Shown here one piece after another: positions 1-6,540 of a stretch of 33,494 bases of DNA. The notes beneath the pieces were generated by a model, which had not been told where the DNA came from, ran no database searches, and worked only from the letters and a program-made list of their open reading frames with translations. Position 1 is the stretch's first letter. Each line of letters opens with the position of its first letter. The position numbers were made by a program, and so were the translations under genes. The stretch comes from Actinomycetota bacterium (GTDB taxonomy: Bacteria > Actinomycetota > Actinomycetes > S36-B12 > UBA5976). Location of the stretch: contig CANLIF010000002.1 in the NCBI GenBank assembly GCA_947491175.1, positions 1 to 33,494 of the forward strand. The letters run 5' to 3'.

Positions 1-710
1 GGCATGTTTCGGCCCCATTTGTTGAAATTATCAACGTAGTTCGCACTCACTGGTGCATACAAAACGATCGCATCGTATTCATTCGGTGCTACTGTGGCAA
101 CGTTGTAGCCAATTCCGCCACCCATTGATCGGCCAAGATAACCAATTTTGTTGGTATCAACTTGTGGCAAACCTGAAGTCTTCAGAGCCTTAGCTGCTGC
201 GATTACATCAATGGTGTAGCCAAGTCTTAAATTGTTCGAGTGTTCAGGGTCATCATCACTACCAGCATGATTTCGGTAGTCAGTATGTAAAACAATGTAA
301 CCCTGATTTGCCAGATAATCCTGCTCACGCTTTAATCCACGACCTGAAGTGTAGATGTCGATATCTATATAGCCATGTCCTAAAACTAAAGTTGGAAATG
401 GTCCCTCGCCTTTTGGAATGTTCATGATTCCAGAAATTGTGAATTCATTTGCTTTATAAGTCACTGGATGTCTTGTGTAGTTTGCAGTACTACCAATTGC
501 ATCGCCAACAACAAGGTCGCTGCCGACTATTTCAGTCTGCATTAAGGCAGGCAGTGAAACTGGATCAAAAGTTTCGGTAGGTGTCGGGCTAGCTGAAGGT
601 GGTGAAGATTCACTAGATAGTGAGACGCTATTTGCTGATTCGTCTGCGCTAGCGCAACCGGCCAAAAAGAGTGAGCCAATGATAACCACGGAAACCACGC
701 TTCGCTTCAT
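1..710 (-). CDS. Lipoprotein alpha/beta-hydrolase (prolyl oligopeptidase / dienelactone hydrolase-like). The C-terminus runs off the left edge of the window.
   Basis: This ORF is absent from the ORF track because no stop lies in the window. My own translation of the minus strand from the ATG at 708-710 gives MKRSVVSVVIIGSLFLAGCASADE. That is a signal peptide with an L-A-G-C lipobox. Further on are HGY and a GRSMGG nucleophile elbow (G-x-S-x-G). The frame stays open to position 3. Confidence 0.8.
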   Translation of the reverse strand, partial: MKRSVVSVVIIGSLFLAGCASADESANSVSLSSESSPPSASPTPTETFDPVSLPALMQTEIVGSDLVVGDAIGSTANYTRHPVTYKANEFTISGIMNIPKGEGPFPTLVLGHGYIDIDIYTSGRGLKREQDYLANQGYIVLHTDYRNHAGSDDDPEHSNNLRLGYTIDVIAAAKALKTSGLPQVDTNKIGYLGRSMGGGIGYNVATVAPNEYDAIVLYAPVSANYVDNFNKWGRNM

Positions 711-753
711 ACTCTTAAAAGTAAGTGACTTTTAAGGAATTCGCAGACTTTGG

Positions 754-2787
754 CTAGATACCTCGACAAACTCGGGCTGCATCAAGGATTGCAGAGTGAA
801 TTCCCCGACTACTGATTGCATCTCCAATACGAAATAGCTGAAACTTTCCGTCAGGATTCTTAACTGAGGTCTGGGGTTGGCCACTGATTAATGCTTCAAT
901 CAAAACCTCGCCACCGTTGGAGGAGAGTGAAACCAAGTCATCGTAAACATCTGAAATTGCAGTTGTGCCAGTTTCTGCAACTACTGCAGTAACAATGCGA
1001 GGCTCTTCCCACTTTTCATCTTCCATGCCAAGGTAGGCCGTGAATGTGCCATCGGAATTCTTTTCGATTCGATTTAGCTCTCGCAAGATCGTGAACTTTA
1101 CACCGAGCGCAGAAAGTGACTTGAAGTAAGCCGAAGCCACCATGCCACCAACATCCGTTGACAAATTGCGCTCAGGTGTTACAAATTCAACGTTAGCTCC
1201 GGCGCTTGCTAAGTTCTCGGCTAAGTCCAAAGCTTGATTACCGCCGTGGTCGTCGTAAACCAAAACGTCACCTGATAGTCGCTTCAATCCCGAAATTACA
1301 TCCCAGCTTTCAATTACGTGTTGGCTTCCCGAAACTTCTAGTGCCTTTGGCATTCCTCCGGTGGCAACCACGACGGCATCGAAGTCAGTATCGACAAGAT
1401 TGGATGCTTCAACATAAGAATTCAATTTCACTATTACGCCAAGGCGCTTTAGTTCCTGAGCTCGCCAATCGATGATTCCTTGCAAGTCGCGGCGACGAGG
1501 GGATCGAATTGCAAGGTTTACTTGACCGCCGAGGGAATCGTTAGCTTCAAACAAAGTGACACTATGACCTTTTTCTGCCAGAGTTCGTGCAGCTTCTAAG
1601 CCACCTGGTCCACCTCCAACCACTGCAACTTTTTTAACTTTGGTTGCCGGTGCAATCTCTTGAGGTAACTCCAGTTCTCGACCAGTTGATGGGTTGTGAA
1701 TGCAAAAGGCCGCTCCAGCGGTGTAAATTCCATCGATACACATGCTGGCACCAACACAGGGTCGGATTTGATCCTCCGTTTTATTAGCAATTTTTGTTGG
1801 TAAATACGGATCCGCAATTAGCGCTCGCGTCATACCGACTAGATCAAGTAACCCCGCTTCAATGGCATATCGAGCCGTTGGCACATCTGCAATTTTGCCG
1901 GCATGCATAACAGGGACGTTTAGTTTCTGTTTGATTTCGCCAATGAGCTCTAAATGAGGCGCGGAAGCCATCCCCATAATTGGAATCATGCGAGTTAATC
2001 GAGAATCTGAATCGATAGAGCCACCTAATGCGCTGATAATGTCAACGCCGCCGTCGATAATGTCTTGGGCAACTGTGAGAAGTTCGCCCTGACTTAGTCC
2101 ATTTTCTCTGAGTTCATCAAAACTCATTCGAGCGCTGATAATGAAATCTTCTGGCACTGCAGCACGAATGGCTTTTATCACTTCAAGGGGATACCGCATT
2201 CGATTTTCATATGAGCCTCCGTATTCATCCGTACGCCGATTCCAAAACGGAGTCATGAATGAATCTAGATAGTGACCATGAATCATCAAGTCGATGCCGT
2301 CCATCCCGGCTGCAACACAACGTTGTGCTGCCAAGACGTAGTCGTTCTTGATTCGATCTAAGTCCCAGTCTTCAGCCTCTTTAGTGAAAGAGCGATGCGC
2401 GCGTTCGCGAACTGCACTTACCGAAATTGTTGGCAACCAGTCACCTGAGTAACTGCTACTGCGATGTCCAAGGTGAGTCAGCTGAATCATGACCGCGGCG
2501 CCTAAATCGTGAACTTCGTCGGTAAGTAAGCGAAGCCAATGAGCTGATTCATCTTTCCAAAGTTGCAGGTTTCCAAAAGCGGGAGCACTTTCGCGACTGA
2601 CAATTGAACTGCCACCAATCATGGTTAGGCCAACGCCACCTTTTGCTTTTGCAACGTGATAAGCGCGGTAGCGATCTTTAGGTAAGCCATCTTCACTATA
2701 GGAAGGTTCATGAGACGTGCTAACAATGCGATTACGCAGCGTTAAATTCTTTATCGTGAACGGCGTAAGTAATGGATCAGTCGACAT
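754..2787 (-). CDS. NADH:flavin oxidoreductase of the OYE/FadH/TMADH family, most like N-methylproline demethylase (StcD). It has an FMN TIM-barrel, a Cys motif and a FAD/NAD(P) domain.
   Basis: A 677-aa ORF. The N-terminus TPFTIKNLTLRNRIV..HVAKAKGGVGL is typical of OYE-like barrels. The central motif is RPCVGASMCIDGIYTAGAAFCIHNP. The C-terminal dinucleotide fold reads VAVVGGGPGGLEAA. A GAGGAA/CAGGAG Shine-Dalgarno sequence lies upstream of the ATG at 2787. Confidence 0.85.
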   Translation of the reverse strand: MSTDPLLTPFTIKNLTLRNRIVSTSHEPSYSEDGLPKDRYRAYHVAKAKGGVGLTMIGGSSIVSRESAPAFGNLQLWKDESAHWLRLLTDEVHDLGAAVMIQLTHLGHRSSSYSGDWLPTISVSAVRERAHRSFTKEAEDWDLDRIKNDYVLAAQRCVAAGMDGIDLMIHGHYLDSFMTPFWNRRTDEYGGSYENRMRYPLEVIKAIRAAVPEDFIISARMSFDELRENGLSQGELLTVAQDIIDGGVDIISALGGSIDSDSRLTRMIPIMGMASAPHLELIGEIKQKLNVPVMHAGKIADVPTARYAIEAGLLDLVGMTRALIADPYLPTKIANKTEDQIRPCVGASMCIDGIYTAGAAFCIHNPSTGRELELPQEIAPATKVKKVAVVGGGPGGLEAARTLAEKGHSVTLFEANDSLGGQVNLAIRSPRRRDLQGIIDWRAQELKRLGVIVKLNSYVEASNLVDTDFDAVVVATGGMPKALEVSGSQHVIESWDVISGLKRLSGDVLVYDDHGGNQALDLAENLASAGANVEFVTPERNLSTDVGGMVASAYFKSLSALGVKFTILRELNRIEKNSDGTFTAYLGMEDEKWEEPRIVTAVVAETGTTAISDVYDDLVSLSSNGGEVLIEALISGQPQTSVKNPDGKFQLFRIGDAISSRGIHSAILDAARVCRGI

Positions 2788-2824
2788 TGTTCCTCAATCT
2801 CCTGAGAAAACCTTACAATCATTG

Positions 2825-2860
2825 GTGAGAACTTGGCGCAGTATCGCGCCAAGTTCTCAC
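2825..2860 (-). terminator. Strong hairpin just 3' of the tRNA and in the 5' leader of the flavoprotein gene. It may be a U-tract-poor (I-shaped) terminator or a processing signal.
   Basis: GTGAGAACTTGGCGC-AGTATC-GCGCCAAGTTCTCAC forms a perfect 15-bp stem with a 6-nt loop. The stem can extend by ATTG/CAAT with one bulge. On the minus strand a T-rich run (GGTTTTCT) starts about 10 nt after the stem, so this is not a canonical intrinsic terminator. Confidence 0.4.
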
Positions 2861-2869
2861 ACAATCGGG

Positions 2870-2941
2870 AGCGCCTGACGGGATTCGAACCCGCATCCTC
2901 ACCATAGTCGGTGGTGTGCTCATCCTTTGAGCTACAGGCGC
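2870..2941 (-). tRNA. 72-nt tRNA with no encoded CCA. The canonical 7-nt register gives anticodon GAC (Val), but the loop is non-canonical and the isotype is uncertain.
   Basis: Cloverleaf folded by hand. Acceptor stem GCGCCTG/CAGGCGC (7 bp) with discriminator T. D arm GCTC-AAAGGAT-GAGC. Anticodon arm CACCA-CCGACTA-TGGTG. Variable loop AGGAT. T arm GCGGG-TTCGAAT-CCCGT. All four stems pair fully. The anticodon loop has C at position 33 and T at position 37. Confidence 0.75.
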
Positions 2942-3036
2942 ACCCCAAAGTATTTTCTCCACTCCACGATTAGCAGGAGCAATTAATGTGAGAGTGTGAA
3001 GAAGTGTTAGGTGTGAATTCATGTCCTATCAAGTGC

Positions 3037-3065
3037 TTGACATTGGTCGAGAGTTAGACGAAGAT
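3037..3065 (+). promoter_or_regulatory. Candidate sigma-70-type promoter facing the tRNA-derived fragment and the terminator.
   Basis: A perfect TTGACA at 3037-3042 is followed by a 17-nt spacer and a weak -10, GAAGAT, at 3060-3065 (only A2, A5 and T6 match TATAAT). Confidence 0.3.
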
Positions 3066-3071
3066 ATTGCT

Positions 3072-3114
3072 TAGTCGGTGGTGCGTGCATTAAGTTGTAA
3101 GCTCAATCCTTTGA
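3072..3114 (-). repeat. tRNA-derived fragment: a partial second copy of the D arm and the anticodon arm/loop of the adjacent tRNA.
   Basis: TAGTCGGTGGTG at 3072-3083 is identical to 2905-2916. GCTCAATCCTTTGA at 3101-3114 matches GCTCATCCTTTGA at 2918-2930 with one extra base. A 17-nt insert separates the two blocks. No acceptor or T arm is present. Confidence 0.7.
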
Positions 3115-3150
3115 AAGACCCTCGCAGTATCGCGGGGGTCTTTCGCTTTG
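3115..3150 (+). terminator. Rho-independent terminator on the plus strand.
   Basis: AAGACCCTCGC-AGTATC-GCGGGGGTCTT forms a 9-bp GC-rich stem (one G-T pair) plus two A-T pairs. It is followed by TTTCGCTTTGGGTT. No annotated plus-strand gene lies upstream of it. Confidence 0.6.
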
Positions 3151-3152
3151 GG

Positions 3153-3181
3153 TTGACTGACATTGGCTTGTGAAATGTACT
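3153..3181 (+). promoter_or_regulatory. Candidate promoter of the 3242-5397 membrane-protein pair.
   Basis: TTGACT at 3153-3158, a 17-nt spacer, then TGTACT at 3176-3181. It lies about 60 nt upstream of the ATG at 3242. Confidence 0.4.
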
Positions 3182-3241
3182 GACCCAGGGCTGAATTTCG
3201 ATACTATTGCTATTTGCTGATCTCAGGCGTAGCCTGAAATT

Positions 3242-3685
3242 ATGAGCAATCAAAGAGCTAATCGGGTACTCGGACTTGTTGTAGCTGCGATTTCAATCGT
3301 GGCCTTAATCGCAGTATTGGCAGTCAAGGACACGACTCAACAATTAGACGCCACCACTCCAGAAGGAACTGTTCAGCAGTACCTTCAGGCAGTAACTTCT
3401 CGCGACTTTGACACCGCACTTACTTATTTGGCAACAGATACTAAGTGCAAAATTGAAAATTTTGACCAGGCTTATATTCAAGATTCAATTCGAATTTCGC
3501 TTTCTGATTCAGCTATCACAGGAGATTCTGCCTCAGTCAAAGTGAACATTGAGAATTCTGGTGGTGACCCATTCGGTGGCAGCTACAAAGAATCGCAAGC
3601 CTTCCGGTTAACTCAATCCGACAATGGTTGGAAGATCGCTGGGATTCCGTGGCCGACTTATGAATGTGGTGGGGAGTTCAAGTAA
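3242..3685 (+). CDS. Small membrane-anchored protein with an N-terminal TM helix and a soluble domain of about 110 aa (possibly NTF2/DUF4878-like).
   Basis: A 147-aa ORF. The hydrophobic segment is VLGLVVAAISIVALIAVLAV. It is followed by TPEGTVQQYLQAVTSRDFDTALTYLA, a pattern common in NTF2-like anchored proteins. Its TAA stop overlaps the next gene's ATG. Confidence 0.75.
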   Translation: MSNQRANRVLGLVVAAISIVALIAVLAVKDTTQQLDATTPEGTVQQYLQAVTSRDFDTALTYLATDTKCKIENFDQAYIQDSIRISLSDSAITGDSASVKVNIENSGGDPFGGSYKESQAFRLTQSDNGWKIAGIPWPTYECGGEFK

Positions 3686-5397
3686 TGTCTATTCTTCTAG
3701 GGTTTATTCCAATTCTGTTAATGATTGCACTTGTAATTTTGGTAGTTCGAAAAGTATCTAACAAAGGTGTGAGCCCAAATTCCTCGGTGCAACCAGTTCG
3801 ACTATTTTTTCAATATGCATTCACTCTTGGGCTATTCATTACGTTTACAATTGGCCTTGCAGGGCTACTGGGCAAAGTCCTCGGCGCCTCACAAGATGTA
3901 GTTTCGAATCAAAGTTCGCTGGCCGGAAATTTGGCTTTTGTGGTCGTAAGTGGTCCGCTGCTCGCCTGGTTACTACGTTGGCTTAAGAAATCAATAGCTA
4001 GCGATCCACACAATGCAGCAGGATTTGTACCAACTTTCTTTGCTACGCTAGCGGCCATTATTTCGTTGCTAATCTTCTTAACTTCGGCAATTACAACCGT
4101 GAACAACTTAATCGATGGAGCATCGACTGCTGGGAATACCAGCGCTCGAGCCATCGTCTGGGGTATTGCTTTAGTCGCAGTATTGCGGGCTTCAAATGCA
4201 GTAATCCCAAAGGACGATTTTCGGATTCAATACTTCGTAGGGTCCCTTATCACAGCGATTGCAGCAATTATTGGATTGATTCAGGTTCTGAGCAGTTTAT
4301 TCGCTGCGATTTTGTCTCAACCAATCTTTGCAGGTACCCAATCACCGGCAATGCTGTCAACTGGTGCTGACACGACTGATGGCTTTGTAATTCTGGCGTT
4401 CGCAGGAGCACTCTGGTTCTACTACTGGATCAAAAATGCAAACACTAAATCAGGCGAAACCATGTGGCTACTTTATGTGTTGGTAGCCGGAGTCGGCGGC
4501 AGCTTAGTTCTAGGGTTAATCTCGCTGACAGCAACGATTTATAAGTTACTTGTCTGGTTCATTGGTGAACCAACAACTCAAGTATTAGGTGAGTATTTCG
4601 AGGGCGCTCCAACTTCAGCAGCCAGCGCAATTGTGGGCTTACTTGCGTGGTGGTACCACAAATCACTTTTGCCAGTTGAATCAAGCAGATCTGAAACTCA
4701 AAGAATTTATGAGTACTTAGTTGCAGCCATTAGTTTGGTGGCAAGTACGGTTGGAATATCCATAATCATCGTTGCGATTATTGAATCACTGAGCAAATCA
4801 GTCATTGTTGGTGACGCTCTCGTCAATACCTTGATTGGAGCTGCGACTGTAATTCTGGTTAGCGGACCAGTGTGGATTCGATTCTGGAATCGAATTCAAA
4901 GTTTTGCAAAAGATTCTCCAGATCAGGAGTTAACAAGTCCAATCAGACGAGTTTATTTGTTCCTAATATTTGGCGTAGGTGGCATCGCAGCCGTCGTTTC
5001 ACTAATCACAATTGTCTTCCAAATTTTTGATGGAATTCTAAGTTCAAATTTTGGCAGTGCCACATTGAATGAAATGCGATTTGCACTAGGTATTTTGATC
5101 AGTACTGGAATTGTTGCTGGTTATCACTGGGAAATTTATCGACATGAGAAAGATGTTGATGTTTCCTTAGGCACTCCAACAAAATCAGTCTTGTTGGTGG
5201 GCCCAGTTGATAATGATTTTGTTAATCAGTTAAAACTAGCAACTGGCGTGCAAGTTACTCTTTGGCAGCGTAACGATGCTGGTGACATGTCTTGGCCAAG
5301 TGAAAAAGTAATTGAACTTGTGCAACAGACTGATAGCGAGCAGCTGTTAGTGATTTTGGGAGCAACAGGAGTTACTGCTATTCCCGTTACTCACTAG
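3685..5397 (+). CDS. Polytopic integral membrane protein (DUF5671-like architecture) with a small soluble C-terminal domain.
   Basis: The ORF track starts at 3664. I prefer the ATG at 3685 (MSILLGFIPILL...) because GGGGAG lies 8 nt upstream and it forms a TAATG overlap with the upstream stop. The protein has many hydrophobic helices separated by recurring W/Y-rich basic motifs. Confidence 0.8.
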   Translation: MSILLGFIPILLMIALVILVVRKVSNKGVSPNSSVQPVRLFFQYAFTLGLFITFTIGLAGLLGKVLGASQDVVSNQSSLAGNLAFVVVSGPLLAWLLRWLKKSIASDPHNAAGFVPTFFATLAAIISLLIFLTSAITTVNNLIDGASTAGNTSARAIVWGIALVAVLRASNAVIPKDDFRIQYFVGSLITAIAAIIGLIQVLSSLFAAILSQPIFAGTQSPAMLSTGADTTDGFVILAFAGALWFYYWIKNANTKSGETMWLLYVLVAGVGGSLVLGLISLTATIYKLLVWFIGEPTTQVLGEYFEGAPTSAASAIVGLLAWWYHKSLLPVESSRSETQRIYEYLVAAISLVASTVGISIIIVAIIESLSKSVIVGDALVNTLIGAATVILVSGPVWIRFWNRIQSFAKDSPDQELTSPIRRVYLFLIFGVGGIAAVVSLITIVFQIFDGILSSNFGSATLNEMRFALGILISTGIVAGYHWEIYRHEKDVDVSLGTPTKSVLLVGPVDNDFVNQLKLATGVQVTLWQRNDAGDMSWPSEKVIELVQQTDSEQLLVILGATGVTAIPVTH

Positions 5398-5987
5398 CCA
5401 ACTTTGTAAGTGTGGCCATTTTTCTTGCCATTAACTGACTTGGCATAAGCCTTGCCACAAGCTTTAAGTGTTACTTGCTCAAATCCGATGAAGTATGGGT
5501 GATACCCAGTTGCTTCCACTAAAACACTGGGACTAACGACGTTGATTCGCATCCCGCGTGGCATTTCAGTTGCAGCCGCAAGCACGAATGACTCCAATGC
5601 GCCGTTAGCAAGTGATGCAACTGCGCCGGTTGGAATTGGTGCGCGTTCTGTAATACCAGTTGTAAGTGTGAATGATCCGCCGTCAGTTACGTATTCCAAA
5701 CCCTGACGAACTAGTTCAACCTGACCAAGGACTTTGTCATTAATACCTGCATGGTAATCGGCAAGTGTCAGTTCGGTAAGAGTCTTGAAAGGAACTACAC
5801 CGGTGGCTGCGATAACTGCATCAACTTTGCCGACTTTTTCATACATTGCAGCAATTGAGTTTGGATCTGTTAAGTCAACTGAAACATCTCCACTGCGGGA
5901 GGCCTGGATAATCTCGTTACCTTCGGACAGCGCTGCGACAGCGCCAGAGCCTAGTAATCCGTTAGCGCCAACAATAAGAATTTTCAC
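5394..5987 (-). CDS. Short (about 197 aa) short-chain dehydrogenase/reductase.
   Basis: I prefer the GTG start at 5987 (VKILIVGANGLLGSG, a Rossmann G-x-x-G-x-x-G) with a GGGAGAA Shine-Dalgarno sequence upstream. The longer track ORF starting at 6062 adds a non-homologous-looking extension. Confidence 0.8.
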   Translation of the reverse strand: MKILIVGANGLLGSGAVAALSEGNEIIQASRSGDVSVDLTDPNSIAAMYEKVGKVDAVIAATGVVPFKTLTELTLADYHAGINDKVLGQVELVRQGLEYVTDGGSFTLTTGITERAPIPTGAVASLANGALESFVLAAATEMPRGMRINVVSPSVLVEATGYHPYFIGFEQVTLKACGKAYAKSVNGKKNGHTYKVG

Positions 5988-6081
5988 AATTTCTCCCTGG
6001 GTTAGTTCAAGACTTCTGAGTCTAGGGCAGGGCTGTGGATAAATATTCAGGTATCTAAACACACTTGATTACCTTTGGTTT

Positions 6082-6540
6082 ATGGGAAATTTCATACCCT
6101 TGCTGATACTGATTGCACTCGGTGGCAAGTTAGCAGTCGTTGATTACCAGACACATCGATTACCGAATCGATTGGTTGGTTGGCTAACTGTCACTCAGTT
6201 AGTGGCACTTACTTTTCTTTGGCAGCCAGAAAAACTTCAAGCTGCTCTTTTGACTGCGATTGCAACGACAGTCACGTATACGTTTATATTTCTCCTTAGT
6301 CGAGGCTCCCTTGGCATGGGAGATGTTAAGTTTTCATTTCCGCTGGGCTTAACTGTTGGTTGGTATGCGCCCTCAGCATGGTTCCTTACGATATTTCTAA
6401 CTTTTCTATTAGCCGGTTTCGTTTCAATTATCGAAATCCTCTTAAGACGCAAAACTTTGAAGTCAAGATTTGCGTTTGGTCCTTACATGTACCTAACTTC
6501 AATTTTGGTGACTTTACCCAAACTTTTCGTTATTGATTAA
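6082..6540 (+). CDS. A24-family prepilin peptidase-like membrane aspartyl protease (TadV/CpaA-size, no methyltransferase domain).
   Basis: A 152-aa hydrophobic protein. The first Asp context is VVDYQTHRLPN. The second is the signature LGMGDVKFSFPLG (G-x-G-D-x-K). Confidence 0.75.
   Translation: MGNFIPLLILIALGGKLAVVDYQTHRLPNRLVGWLTVTQLVALTFLWQPEKLQAALLTAIATTVTYTFIFLLSRGSLGMGDVKFSFPLGLTVGWYAPSAWFLTIFLTFLLAGFVSIIEILLRRKTLKSRFAFGPYMYLTSILVTLPKLFVID

Noticed and set aside
714-736. Hairpin CTTAAAAGT-AAGTG-ACTTTTAAG between the flavoprotein stop and the lipoprotein start.
   Set aside because: It is almost entirely A-T pairs with no U-tract, and it overlaps the likely ribosome-binding region of the next gene. 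This is too weak to call a terminator or a regulator.
2870-3114. The tRNA plus a partial tRNA repeat read as attL/attR of an integrated element.
   Set aside because: Integrases usually duplicate the 3' part of the tRNA. Here the repeated blocks are the D arm and the anticodon arm. Only about 130 bp lie between the copies, and no integrase, excisionase or foreign-looking genes are present in the window.
2751-3253. ORFs 2751-2948, 2819-3022 and 3071-3253 on the minus strand.
   Set aside because: They run across the tRNA gene, the hairpins or the terminator, and have no ribosome-binding sites. The region is better explained as RNA and regulatory sequence.
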